Source: Myxococcota bacterium (GTDB lineage: Bacteria; Myxococcota; Myxococcia; Myxococcales; Myxococcaceae). Taken from it: a stretch of 37,122 nt of DNA. Shown here in pieces: positions 9,397-18,502 of the stretch. The notes beneath the pieces were generated by a model, which was given only the letters and a program-made list of their open reading frames with translations, had not been told where the DNA came from and did not search any database. Every line of letters starts with the position of its first letter. Within the stretch, counting starts at the first letter, position 1. The stretch lies in NCBI GenBank assembly GCA_049322255.1, contig JBMORE010000127.1, positions 62,001 through 99,122 on the forward strand. Reading direction: 5' to 3'. The translations under genes and the position numbers were made by a program.

Positions 9397-10731
9397 ATGC
9401 CGCCCACCTTGGACCTGGTGCTCACCAACGCCACGGTGGTGACGATGAACCGCGAGCGCGAGGTGCTCGCGCACGTCGACGTCCTGGTGCGCGAGGGGCG
9501 AATCGCCAAGGTCGGCAAGAACCTGGGCAAAGGGCCGCGCCGCACCCTCGACGCGTCGGGCAAAGTCATCGTCCCCGGGCTCATCCACGGACATTTGCAC
9601 GCCTGCCAGACGCTGTTTCGCAACCGCGCCGACGGGCTGGAGCTGCTCGACTGGCTGCGCGAGCGCATCTGGCCTTTCGAAGCAGCGCACGACCGCGACT
9701 CGATGCGCGCCTCGGCCGACCTGACCTTCGCCGAGCTGATTCGCTCCGGGGCCACCGCCGCTCTCGACATGGGCACGGTGCGCCACTACGAGGCGGTGTT
9801 CGAGTCAGCGCGCGACTGCGGGTTTCGGCTTACCGGTGGCAAGGCGATGATGGATGCGGGCCAGGGGGTGCCCGCCTCGCTGCGTGAGACCACCAGCGAC
9901 TCGCTCGCCGAGAGCCTGCGTCTCGCAAAAGCCTGGCACGGAGCGCACGAGGGTCGGCTGCGCTACGCCTTCGCACCCCGCTTCGTGCTCTCTTGCTCCG
10001 AGGCGCTCTTGCGCGAGGTGGCGGCCCAGGCCAAGGCGCTGGGAGTTCGAATTCACACCCACGCGAGCGAGAGCCAGGCGGAGTGCGACGCGGTTCGCCA
10101 GCGCACCGGCATGGACAATGTCACCTACCTGCACTCGTTGGGCATCGCTGGTCCCCAGGTGACGCTGGCGCACTGTGTGTGGCTCACCGCGCAGGAGCAT
10201 CGCTTGCTCAAGGAAAGCGGCACGGTGGTCTGCCACTGCCCCAGCTCGAACTTGAAGCTCGCCAGCGGCGTGGCCAAGGTGCCCGAGCTCCTCGGCGAGG
10301 GGGTGCCGGTGTGTCTGGGCGCCGATGGAGCGCCCTGCAACAACAACCTCGACCTCTTCGTGGAGATGCGGCTGGCGGCGCTGCTCCACAAGCCGCGCGC
10401 GGGGCCGCTGGCGATGCCGCCGATGCAGGTGCTGGAGATGGCCACTTTGCACGGCGCGCGTGCGCTCGGCCTGGAGGAGGAGATTGGCTCCATCGAGCCG
10501 GGCAAGCGCGCCGACCTGACCGTGCTCGAGCTGGTGGCGCCGCACGCCGTGCCCGCAGGCGACGACGTGGTGGCCCAGCTGGTCTACGCCGGCCAATCGC
10601 GCGACGTCACCGACGTCTTGATCGACGGACGGGTGGTGATGCGCAACCGCGAGCTGCTCACGCTCGATGAGCCCGCGGTGCTCGCCGCCGCCCAAGAGCA
10701 CGCCGCGCGCCTCGTCGACCGCGCAGCCTAG
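9397..10731 (+). CDS. Amidohydrolase, 5'-deoxyadenosine / 5'-methylthioadenosine-SAH deaminase family (DadD/MtaD-like)
   Basis: PGLIHGHLH, LDWLRERIWPFEA, HTHASE, LAHCVW, HCPSSNLKLASG, GADG and GSIEPGKRADL motifs. The start may be TTG 9409. Confidence 0.9.
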   Translation: MPPTLDLVLTNATVVTMNREREVLAHVDVLVREGRIAKVGKNLGKGPRRTLDASGKVIVPGLIHGHLHACQTLFRNRADGLELLDWLRERIWPFEAAHDRDSMRASADLTFAELIRSGATAALDMGTVRHYEAVFESARDCGFRLTGGKAMMDAGQGVPASLRETTSDSLAESLRLAKAWHGAHEGRLRYAFAPRFVLSCSEALLREVAAQAKALGVRIHTHASESQAECDAVRQRTGMDNVTYLHSLGIAGPQVTLAHCVWLTAQEHRLLKESGTVVCHCPSSNLKLASGVAKVPELLGEGVPVCLGADGAPCNNNLDLFVEMRLAALLHKPRAGPLAMPPMQVLEMATLHGARALGLEEEIGSIEPGKRADLTVLELVAPHAVPAGDDVVAQLVYAGQSRDVTDVLIDGRVVMRNRELLTLDEPAVLAAAQEHAARLVDRAA

Positions 10732-10760
10732 CCGGACCATTCATTGTAGAGTCCCCTCCC

Positions 10761-11369
10761 ATGCTGGTTCCTCCTACCGAAGAACAGACTCTCAACGTCG
10801 ACCACCGGGTCATCCTCCATGGTGTGAGCTGGGCGGGCTACGAGGCAATTCTCGCCGCGCGAGGTGACCACTCGGCGCCGCGCATTGCGTACCTCGAAGG
10901 AGAGCTCGAAATCATGTCACCCTCCGGAGGCCACGAAGCCACGAAGAAGACATGGGCTCGTCTGCTCGAGGCATGGTGCGAGGAGATGGGGGTGCCCCTT
11001 CAGGGCTTTGGATCCTGGACACTGAAGCGCCGCAAGGAAGAACGCGGCGCCGAACCAGACGAGTGCTACATCGTCGGGCGGCGGCATGCGCAGGTGCCCG
11101 ACCTGGCCCTCGAGGTGATTTGGTCGCACGGGGGCCTCGACAAGCTCGAAATCTACCGGCGGCTCGGTGTTCGCGAGGTGCAGCTTTGGGAGAGGGGGCG
11201 CATTTCGGTGTTCGTCTTGCGGAAAGAGCGTTACGTGCGTGCCAGGCGAAGCGCGGTACTGCCAGCGCTCGAGCTCGAGCTGATCGCCCGCTGTCTGAAG
11301 GTGCAGTGGCAGGACGAGGCGGTCAGCTCGCTCCGCAAGGCTTTACGCCGGGAGCGGAAGACGCACTGA
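10761..11369 (+). CDS. Uma2 (DUF820) family restriction-endonuclease-like protein
   Basis: GVSWAGYE, YLEGELEIMSP, EPDECY, PDLALEV and DKLEIYRRLGVREV motifs. Confidence 0.92.
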   Translation: MLVPPTEEQTLNVDHRVILHGVSWAGYEAILAARGDHSAPRIAYLEGELEIMSPSGGHEATKKTWARLLEAWCEEMGVPLQGFGSWTLKRRKEERGAEPDECYIVGRRHAQVPDLALEVIWSHGGLDKLEIYRRLGVREVQLWERGRISVFVLRKERYVRARRSAVLPALELELIARCLKVQWQDEAVSSLRKALRRERKTH

Positions 11370-11445
11370 AGTCCCGGCCCTGACCTTGTCCTGACGCCCT
11401 TCGCCGCGCTAAGTGTCCCCGCGGCCGGTTTCTTGGCGGTGACTT

Positions 11446-13404
11446 GTGTCGAGGCTTTTCTTCCGAGCGATGACGTTGGCGACGGCGCTTCTGCTCGGCG
11501 GCTGCCAGTGCGGTCCGTCGGTGGTCGAGGAGGCTCCCTTGCCGGTCCCGGAGCCGCCTCCGGTTGCCGATGCTGGTTCGCCGACGCCGATCGATCCGGT
11601 GACGACGCCCGATGCCGGGCCCCAGTACTCCGGGCAATGGGCGGGCGAGGCCTGCCCCGAGGAGAGCTTCGTCTTCGCGGCGGACGCAGGGGTGCCCGAG
11701 GGGGCCTTCCCGTTCGGGCTGTGCATCGCCTTGCGCTCGCTCGGCGGAACCGCCCAGCTCAACGGCAAGCCGGCGCCGGGTGAAATCGACGTCAAGCTGG
11801 AGAGTGGCGATTACGAGGGGCGGTTGCGCACCCTCCCCGACGGTGCCGGCCACTACCACGGGCGGGCGATGCGCAGCCGGTACGACGTGCTCAAGTACCA
11901 CCCCTCGGGCATCTTCCCCACTCACAATGGCTACCAGGAGCTCGGGGTGGCCGATCTCACCCAGGACCGCACCAAGGACCTGGACGTGCGCACCCACACG
12001 CTCAAGGGCACGGTGGCGATGGGCGGGGTGCCTTGGCTGTCGGTCGTGACTCCTCCCGACGTGCAGCTCGCGGCCGTCGGCCTGCCACGCGCTCAATCGG
12101 TCTCTACCACCCACACAGCAGGCGCCTACTCGGTGAACCTCATCGAGGGAGCCTTCTCCCTCTTGCTCTCGGTGCCGCGGGAGGCGCTGGGGGAGACCGA
12201 GCTGGTTGCCTTCCCGGTCCACTCCGGGGTCGGCTTCTACGCCGACGTCGACTTGGACATCGCCGTGGTGGCCTCGCAGCTCGAGGGGCAGCTCTTGGTC
12301 GACGGGCAGCCCTACCCGCGGCGGCAGCTCCAGGGGTACGACTACCGCATCGAGTACCGCCGGCTGGGTGAGGTCGACCCGGTCGCCCGCACCTTCCACA
12401 CCGGAGGGGTGGCCGACTTCCGCGCCCTGGTGCCGAGCGGAAAATACGGGCTTTTCCTCGACGTCGAGTCGGTGCCCGACCGCCACTTCCCATCGCTTCT
12501 GGTCAACAAACAGCTCGCCGCCTCCGCCGACCTCACGGCGAGCACCGCGGCGGCCTTCTCGCTCACCACTGTCGCGCTCGAGGGAGGCATCACCATCGAC
12601 GGGCAGCCGGTGCCCACCTCCCCCAACTACAACGCCGTCTTCTATCTCTATGCCTACGGCACCCAGAGCGAGCCGTGGTCGATGGCGTATTACGAGGTGC
12701 CGCTGGAGACGGCCTCCTTCTCTTTGCGCGCCTTCCCCGCCCAGTACTACGTCGGTCTGTGGGTCGACCCCTTCTTCCACCCCGAGCTGGTCGAGGGCTG
12801 GTACATCATCGATTCGGCCAAGAACGTGTTCGCCGACACCACGCTCCCGGTGGAAATCGAGACCTCGGTGCTCGAAGGCCGCCTGCTCATCGACGGCCAG
12901 CCGCCTCCTGCCGGGGAGGTCGCCGGGACGGTCGAACTGCAGAGCAGTGCGGGGGTGTACCGGCGCAAGCTGGTGCCCCAGAGCGGCGGCTCTTTCCGCG
13001 TGCGGGTTCCCAAAGGCATCTACGACGTCGACTTCACCATCGAGCCCAAGACCTTCCCGCAGTACGCCAGCGGGCGGCAGCGGCTCCTCACCAACTTGAA
13101 CCTCCAAGGCTCACAGACCCAGGACCTCGTCTACGACACCGTGGCCTTTGCCGGGCCGCTGCGGGTCGGCGGTGAGCAGGTTCCCGACACCTTGCCTGGC
13201 GCGGAGGTTGGGCTACGGCTTCGCCGCACCGCCGGGAACCAGCGCTTCACCTGGAGCTTCGACGGCGGACAGCCGACCTACGTGTTGCGCGTGCCTTCGG
13301 GCGACTACCAGCTCACCTTCGTCATCGAGGAAGGCGCTCTTTCCGACGTGGCCTACGGCACCGCGCCGGTGGGGGTGAAACTCTCGGCGAGGCCGCCCCA
13401 ATAG
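11446..13404 (+). CDS. Lipoprotein with a Pro-rich linker and six tandem beta-sandwich-type repeats
   Basis: Lipobox LLGG-C (Cys at 11503) followed by QCG; DAG-containing linker. Repeat starts: GTAQLNGKPAP, GTVAMGGVPW, GQLLVDGQPYP, GGITIDGQPVP, GRLLIDGQPPP, GPLRVGGEQVP. Most repeats carry a later (P)xGxY-like motif. Confidence 0.85.
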   Translation: MSRLFFRAMTLATALLLGGCQCGPSVVEEAPLPVPEPPPVADAGSPTPIDPVTTPDAGPQYSGQWAGEACPEESFVFAADAGVPEGAFPFGLCIALRSLGGTAQLNGKPAPGEIDVKLESGDYEGRLRTLPDGAGHYHGRAMRSRYDVLKYHPSGIFPTHNGYQELGVADLTQDRTKDLDVRTHTLKGTVAMGGVPWLSVVTPPDVQLAAVGLPRAQSVSTTHTAGAYSVNLIEGAFSLLLSVPREALGETELVAFPVHSGVGFYADVDLDIAVVASQLEGQLLVDGQPYPRRQLQGYDYRIEYRRLGEVDPVARTFHTGGVADFRALVPSGKYGLFLDVESVPDRHFPSLLVNKQLAASADLTASTAAAFSLTTVALEGGITIDGQPVPTSPNYNAVFYLYAYGTQSEPWSMAYYEVPLETASFSLRAFPAQYYVGLWVDPFFHPELVEGWYIIDSAKNVFADTTLPVEIETSVLEGRLLIDGQPPPAGEVAGTVELQSSAGVYRRKLVPQSGGSFRVRVPKGIYDVDFTIEPKTFPQYASGRQRLLTNLNLQGSQTQDLVYDTVAFAGPLRVGGEQVPDTLPGAEVGLRLRRTAGNQRFTWSFDGGQPTYVLRVPSGDYQLTFVIEEGALSDVAYGTAPVGVKLSARPPQ

Positions 13405-13418
13405 GCATTCGGCAGGTC

Positions 13419-14153
13419 ATGCCGCCCTCCTCTTCTCCCATTCGGCTGTCGGGCCTGGGCAAGTCTTTCGGTGCCTTCCAGGCGGTGGCCGAGGTGTCGC
13501 TCGAGGTGGGGGAGGGGGAGGTGGTGGGGTTGCTCGGCCCCAACGGCGCGGGGAAGACCACGACCTTGCGTATGCTCGCGGGGCTCATCACCCCCAGCGC
13601 GGGCCAGGCTTGGGTGTGCGGGCACGAGGTGGCGCGCGAGCCGCAAAAGGCCCGGCGGTACTTGGGTTTCCTCACCGCTTCCACCGGCCTCTACGATCGG
13701 CTCACCGCCCGGGAGGTGCTGGTGACCTTCGGCCGGTTGCACGGGTTGGCGGAGGAGAGCTTACAGGCGCGCATCGCCGCTCTCGCCGCCGAGCTCGACT
13801 TGGGCGCCTTTCTCGACCAGCGCTGCGGGGCGCTCTCTTCGGGCCAGAGGCAGCGCGTGTCGATCGCCCGCGCAGTGGTGCACGACCCCCCGGTGTACGT
13901 GCTCGACGAGCCCACCGCGATGCTCGACCCCCTCGCCTCGCAGGCGATTCTCGAGTTGGTGCGTGGCGCCAGCGCGCGGAAGAAGGCGGTGCTCTTCTCC
14001 ACCCACCGCATGGAGGAGGCCGAGTTTCTCTGCCAGCGAATTTTCTTTCTGCGCCAGGGGCGTGTGGTGGCCCAAGGGGCTCCGGTGGAGCTACGGCAAG
14101 CGAGCGGGCAGGCCTCGCTGACCGGGGCCTTCCTTCACTTCGCGAAAGGCTAA
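13419..14153 (+). CDS. ABC transporter ATP-binding protein, NatA-like
   Basis: GPNGAGKT, GLYDRLTARE, LSSGQRQRVSIARA, LDEPT and FSTHRMEEAE motifs. Confidence 0.93.
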   Translation: MPPSSSPIRLSGLGKSFGAFQAVAEVSLEVGEGEVVGLLGPNGAGKTTTLRMLAGLITPSAGQAWVCGHEVAREPQKARRYLGFLTASTGLYDRLTAREVLVTFGRLHGLAEESLQARIAALAAELDLGAFLDQRCGALSSGQRQRVSIARAVVHDPPVYVLDEPTAMLDPLASQAILELVRGASARKKAVLFSTHRMEEAEFLCQRIFFLRQGRVVAQGAPVELRQASGQASLTGAFLHFAKG

Positions 14154-14161
14154 AAAGGTTT

Positions 14162-14671
14162 TCAGCCTCGGTTGTACAGACGCGACAGCTCGATGGAACG
14201 CATCAGCTCACGGTTGGCGTCGTCATGCAGCCGCATGCGGTGATGCAGGAGGGAGCTCTCGAGCGAGCGGTTCTCGAGGGTGCGATCCAGGGTGCGGCGG
14301 TTCATTGCTGCGGCCCGCGCATCGGTGACGGCTCGCTCCGCCGGCGAGAGCGTGGGTGGTACCTCAGGCGTCGCCACCGGTGGGGGCGGCGGCATGGGCG
14401 CGGGGGCGACGACGAAAGGGTCTGCCCCCAGCCGCCCAAACCAGCGTGTGTCCTCGGCGACGCGGTGGGAGTTGGCGACCATCGGGCCCGGAGCCGTCGT
14501 GTCCGCCGTGAAGAAGGAGGAAGCGTGCGGAAATCCCCCGTACGGACCGACGGGAACGGAAGCGACGGGCGGTGGTTTGAGCAGGCTCTTGGCCAACAGC
14601 GCTGCTCCCACGGCCGCCCCCGCCGCCACCAGGGTCCACAGGTCGTGGTTGGAAGATTTGATCTTGCTCAT
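14162..14671 (-). CDS. Hypothetical protein with an N-terminal hydrophobic segment and Pro-rich middle
   Basis: ATG 14671: MSKIKSSNHDLWTLVAAGAAVGAALLAKSLLKPPP...; fills the gap between the NatA- and NatB-like genes on the opposite strand. Confidence 0.55.
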   Translation of the reverse strand: MSKIKSSNHDLWTLVAAGAAVGAALLAKSLLKPPPVASVPVGPYGGFPHASSFFTADTTAPGPMVANSHRVAEDTRWFGRLGADPFVVAPAPMPPPPPVATPEVPPTLSPAERAVTDARAAAMNRRTLDRTLENRSLESSLLHHRMRLHDDANRELMRSIELSRLYNRG

Positions 14672-14804
14672 CGGGAGAATTGTCGATGCCCGGGGGGCAA
14701 AAGTTGTGTCGCCCATGACGCGCCGCGCCAGCCCCGTTCCTGGCCTCGCTCGAGACGACCGCAGTTTGCGTTGCACGCAGGTCAGGCCTACCGTCCTTTG
14801 CCAC

Positions 14805-15992
14805 GTGAGCGCGTTTCGGGCCCTCTTGGCGAAGGAGTTGATCGACTCGCTCCGCGATCGCCGCACCCTGGCGATGATGATTCTCGTTCCCCTCCTGCTC
14901 TACCCGCTGCTCATCGGCCTGGTGGGAGTGGTGATGGCGGCGGGCCGGGAGCGAATGGCGAAAGAGGAGCTGACGGTGGCGGTGGCGAGTGACGACGCCT
15001 ACGAATTACTCTCGGCGCAGCCGCTGCCGCCCCACACCAGCTACCAGCGCATGGAGAGGGTCGCTACCGAAGAAGCGCTGCGCGAAAAAAAGGTGTGGGC
15101 GGTGGTCGACGCTCCGGCGGGCGCGCTGGCGCGCATGGAGGCAGGGGAGCAGGCCTTGGTGACCCTCGTCTACACCAAGCGCCACGATCGCTCGATAGAG
15201 GCGTTGGAGCGGCTGCGGCGGGTTTTCAAGGGGGCGACATCGAACGTGCTCGCCACCCGGCTCGCCGAGCGCAACTTGCCCGTCACTTTCGCCGAGCCGC
15301 TGCGCGCCGACGAGGTCGACCTCGACTTCGAAAAGGACTTAGGTCCCCTCATCGCCTCGCGCATGCTGCCGGTGATGCTCTTGGCGATGCTTTTCATGGG
15401 CGCGCTCTATCCGGCGATCGACCTCACCGCGGGAGAAAAGGAACGCGGCACTCTGGAGACGCTTTTGGTGGCGCCGGTACGGCCCAGCGAGGTGCTGGCC
15501 GCCAAGTACCTCACCGTTGCCCTCATCGCCTCGGCGGCCACGTTGATGAACCTGGCTGCGATGGGGCTGAGCTTCGGCCTGGGGCTGTCCTTGGCCGAGG
15601 GAGTCACCGCCACCGTACGTTTCGGGGTCGGCCAGGTGGCGACCCTCGTCGTGTGCCTTCTGCCGACGGCGTTCCTGGTGAGCGGGCTGGCTCTGGCGGT
15701 GGCGTCGTTGGCCAAGAGCTTCAAGGAGGCGCAGACCCTGCTCACCCCGCTGGTGCTCGCGGGCACGGTGCCGGGGACGATTGCCCTGATGCCCGGCATC
15801 GAGCTCAGCGCGCTCACGGCGGTGGTGCCGTTACTCAACGTGGCGCTTTTGGTGAAGGCGGCGGTGCTGGGAACGGCTCAGCCGCTGCACGTCCTCATCT
15901 GCTTCGCCTCGGTGGCGGGGTGCGCGGTGCTGGCCGTCCGTCTGGCGGCCAAGGCCTTTCAAAAGGCAATCGAGGGCGGGTGGCCAGCGTAG
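14805..15992 (+). CDS. ABC-2 type permease, NatB-like
   Basis: GTG 14805: KELIDSLRDRRTL, PAIDLTAGEKERGTLETLLVAP, AKSFKEAQ and VPLLNV motifs; multiple TM segments. Confidence 0.9.
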   Translation: MSAFRALLAKELIDSLRDRRTLAMMILVPLLLYPLLIGLVGVVMAAGRERMAKEELTVAVASDDAYELLSAQPLPPHTSYQRMERVATEEALREKKVWAVVDAPAGALARMEAGEQALVTLVYTKRHDRSIEALERLRRVFKGATSNVLATRLAERNLPVTFAEPLRADEVDLDFEKDLGPLIASRMLPVMLLAMLFMGALYPAIDLTAGEKERGTLETLLVAPVRPSEVLAAKYLTVALIASAATLMNLAAMGLSFGLGLSLAEGVTATVRFGVGQVATLVVCLLPTAFLVSGLALAVASLAKSFKEAQTLLTPLVLAGTVPGTIALMPGIELSALTAVVPLLNVALLVKAAVLGTAQPLHVLICFASVAGCAVLAVRLAAKAFQKAIEGGWPA

Positions 15993-16068
15993 TTAGACCT
16001 ATCGGGCAAGGCCGATCGTGTAGAGTCCCATGCATACCCAGAGCCTGGCGCTAAGAAGGGATTTTTCC

Positions 16069-16803
16069 ATGTGGAACCGGTTCAAAAGAGCGATGCGCAG
16101 CTTCGTGGGGTTCTTCGTGAGCTCCATCGAAGACCCCGAGCTGATCCTCGAGCAGAACATTCGTGACCTGAACGACCAGGTTCCGAAGATGAACGAGTCG
16201 ATCGCCATGGTGCGCGCCAACGTCACCCTCTTGGAGAAGGAGAACGCCAAGTACAAGCAGGAGGTGGGGGACCTCACCGCGAAGGTGAAGGCGGCGATTC
16301 AGGGGGGGCGTGACGACCTGGCGGCGCAGTACGCCACCCGATTGCAGATGGAAAAAGGAGCCCTGGCGCGCAACGAGGCTCAGCTCTCCACCGCCAAGGC
16401 AGCTTACGAGAAGGCGCTGAACGTCAAGAAGATGTTCATGCGCGAGAAGGACAAGAAGACCCAGGAGGCGATGAACGCCATCCGCGACGCGCGGCGCGCC
16501 AAGTGGCAGGCCAAAGTCGCCGACGCCATGGAGTCCTTCGAGGTCGCGGGCATCGACGCCACCCACGACGAGATGGTGCGAAAGGTGGAGGAGCAGACCG
16601 CGGTGAACGAAGCACGCATGCAGATGGCGCTCGAATCGGTCGATCACCAGGCGGTGCAGATCGAGGAAGAGGCGGAGAAGCTCCAGGCCCAGGAGCTGGT
16701 GAAGCAGTTCAAGATGGAGATGGGCCTGACCAGCCCCGCGCCGGTGTCCGAGGTGGGAAGCGCGGGAGAAAAGACGCTGGGCAAGAAGGTCGAGGTCAAA
16801 TGA
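16069..16803 (+). CDS. pspA: PspA/IM30 (Vipp1, ESCRT-III superfamily) protein
   Basis: AGAAGGGA SD before ATG 16069; N-terminal amphipathic [40 protein letters not shown] and long coiled coils. Confidence 0.9.
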   Translation: MWNRFKRAMRSFVGFFVSSIEDPELILEQNIRDLNDQVPKMNESIAMVRANVTLLEKENAKYKQEVGDLTAKVKAAIQGGRDDLAAQYATRLQMEKGALARNEAQLSTAKAAYEKALNVKKMFMREKDKKTQEAMNAIRDARRAKWQAKVADAMESFEVAGIDATHDEMVRKVEEQTAVNEARMQMALESVDHQAVQIEEEAEKLQAQELVKQFKMEMGLTSPAPVSEVGSAGEKTLGKKVEVK

Positions 16804-16809
16804 CAACCT

Positions 16810-16848
16810 CCCCCTCTCCCCTTGGGAGAGGATAGGGGTGAGGGGCGC
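16810..16848. repeat. BoxC-like intergenic palindromic repeat, copy 1
   Basis: CCTCTCCC-CTT-GGGAGAGG hairpin followed by ATAGGGGTGAGGGGCGC; its reverse complement closely matches 19388-19422. Confidence 0.75.
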
Positions 16849-16868
16849 AAGCTCGAGGGAAGCGTCAT

Positions 16869-18026
16869 TTGATTCGCCGCGGCGGCCTCCTGCTCTTCCT
16901 CGGAATGCTTTTGGGCGCGGCCGCGTACGTCGCTGCGTCACGGTTGGGTTACCTCGACCGGCTCCTGGCGCGGGTGATGGGCGCTCCCCTCGCGTCCCAG
17001 CGCCTCTCGGCGGGTGACTTTCCTGCGGGGGTGGCGGCTCCGGTGGGGGAGATTGCCTCGGTGCCCTTGCGCCCGGTGCGCATCGGCTTTTCACCGCGCG
17101 GCTCCTCGGCGGCGCTCTTGTTGGCCACCGGTGGCGCAGGAGCCGAGCCCAGGGGAGGCCTCTTCAAGACCGCCTATGCGCTCGACGCCCAGGCCGTGGT
17201 GTTTGCCAAGGAAGAGGAGCTGCGAGGGGCGCTCATGGCCGGCGCGGAGAACGGAGGGGTGGACATGGCCGCCGTCTCCGTCGATCGGCTCGCCTTCTGG
17301 TCCGGTGGGCTACGAGACGCCTCGCCTCGTACGGTGCTGCTCTTGGGGAGAAGCCGCGGGCAAGAAGCCCTCGCCGCCGTCGACGTGGAGCAACTCTCGG
17401 AGCTGCGGGGCAAGCGCGTGGGTGCCTACCCGCACAGTCCGTCGAATTACTTCGCGCTGTGGGTGCTCTCGCGGGTGGGGCTGGGCCCGTCAGACGTGCG
17501 GTGGGTGGACCTCGGTTCGGCCCTCGAGGCGGGCGCTGCGCTCAGGGAGGGACGGGCCGACGCAGTCGTGGGACTCTTCGGAGACGTGGAGCTCGCGGCG
17601 CGCGACCGAGGAGGCAAGCTTTTGGCCACCACCGCTGACGCGCCGCACTTGATCTCCACCGTGCTGGTCGCACGGGGCGAGTTCCTCGCGCGCTATCCAG
17701 ACGCGGTGCGGAGGGTGCTGCGGGGGCTACTCGACGCCGCCGGGAGCGTGTCACGAGACCCCATGCCCGCTGCGCGGCTGTTGGGAGAGGTGGCGCCTTA
17801 CCTGGGCGACCCGGTGGAGGCGATCAAGGCCGCGCCGCCAGCGACGCTGCGCGACAACATGGCGTTCTTCGGCCTCTCGGGTGAGGCGCCGGTGACTTAC
17901 GACGAGCTGTTTTTGAGCGCCAGCGCGCTGGCGGTGAAGCTGCGCCGAGCGAGCTCTGTGCCCATCCCCGAAGACACTCGGCACCTGGGAGCGCTCAAGT
18001 ACGTTGCCGAGGCGAGCGGGCCGTGA
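16869..18026 (+). CDS. Membrane-anchored ABC substrate-binding protein, NMT1/SsuA/TauA-like
   Basis: N-terminal [44 protein letters not shown] and DNMAFFGL motifs; TTG start after GAGGGAAG. Confidence 0.8.
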   Translation: MIRRGGLLLFLGMLLGAAAYVAASRLGYLDRLLARVMGAPLASQRLSAGDFPAGVAAPVGEIASVPLRPVRIGFSPRGSSAALLLATGGAGAEPRGGLFKTAYALDAQAVVFAKEEELRGALMAGAENGGVDMAAVSVDRLAFWSGGLRDASPRTVLLLGRSRGQEALAAVDVEQLSELRGKRVGAYPHSPSNYFALWVLSRVGLGPSDVRWVDLGSALEAGAALREGRADAVVGLFGDVELAARDRGGKLLATTADAPHLISTVLVARGEFLARYPDAVRRVLRGLLDAAGSVSRDPMPAARLLGEVAPYLGDPVEAIKAAPPATLRDNMAFFGLSGEAPVTYDELFLSASALAVKLRRASSVPIPEDTRHLGALKYVAEASGP

Positions 18027-18027
18027 G
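17991..18027 (+). repeat. Direct repeat, left copy (current 3' end of the SBP gene, [11 protein letters not shown])
   Basis: gcgctcaagtacgttgccgaggcgagcggGccGtgag; 35/37 identical to 18503-18539, with the first 29 bp identical. Confidence 0.95.
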
Positions 18028-18034
18028 GCTCGGC

Positions 18035-18262
18035 ATGTTCGAGATCATCGGCGCGATTGGGGCCGTCGAAACCATTGCCGTCGGGCACTCGATTCGCGAG
18101 TTGCGCCGGCTCCAAAAGACCTATGGTCGAGGGCGATGGCGGAAGCTAAAGGGCGTTGCTAACGTTCGTTTTCACGACGGCAGGTTCGCCACCGTCGAGG
18201 TTCACTGGTACGAAGCCCATGGGATCGGTCGAAAAGAATTCAAGATCAAGCGGTTCCTCTAA
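18035..18262 (+). CDS. Small basic hypothetical protein, putative toxin
   Basis: ATG 18035 with GAGG SD (alternative GTG 18023 overlapping the SBP stop). Sequence MFEIIG..ETIAVG..IRELRRL..YG.GRWRKLKG..EVHWYEAHGIGRKEFKIKRFL. Confidence 0.8.
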   Translation: MFEIIGAIGAVETIAVGHSIRELRRLQKTYGRGRWRKLKGVANVRFHDGRFATVEVHWYEAHGIGRKEFKIKRFL

Positions 18263-18497
18263 ACGTGCTCGCTCGCGGGCGAGGCGACGTTATGTGGTGT
18301 GCCTGAGCAACGAGGGCTACGAAGCGTCACTCGAACCTCGAAAAATCTATCTCGCGTTGACGGACCCAGCAGCTGAACGTCGGGGATTTCTAAGAGTGGT
18401 CGACGAGTCTGGGGAAGACTATCTGTTCCCGAAGACGTACTTTGCGGCGATCGATCTGTCCGACACGGTAGCCCAGGCCGTTTCCACCATGATGTAG
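18219..18497 (+). CDS. Small hypothetical protein, putative antitoxin/immunity partner (start uncertain: ATG 18219 or GTG 18294)
   Basis: YVVCLSNEGYEASLEPRKIY...FLRVVDESGEDYLFP; overlaps or abuts the preceding ORF and ends 5 nt before the right direct repeat. Confidence 0.78.
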   Translation: MGSVEKNSRSSGSSKRARSRARRRYVVCLSNEGYEASLEPRKIYLALTDPAAERRGFLRVVDESGEDYLFPKTYFAAIDLSDTVAQAVSTMM

Positions 18498-18502
18498 CCG
18501 TT

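Noticed and set aside
14126..14802. Possible eroded repeat of the natA 3' end (ggccttccttcacttcgc) before natB (ggcctaccgtcctttgc)
   Set aside because: Too short and too divergent to support without a comparative alignment.
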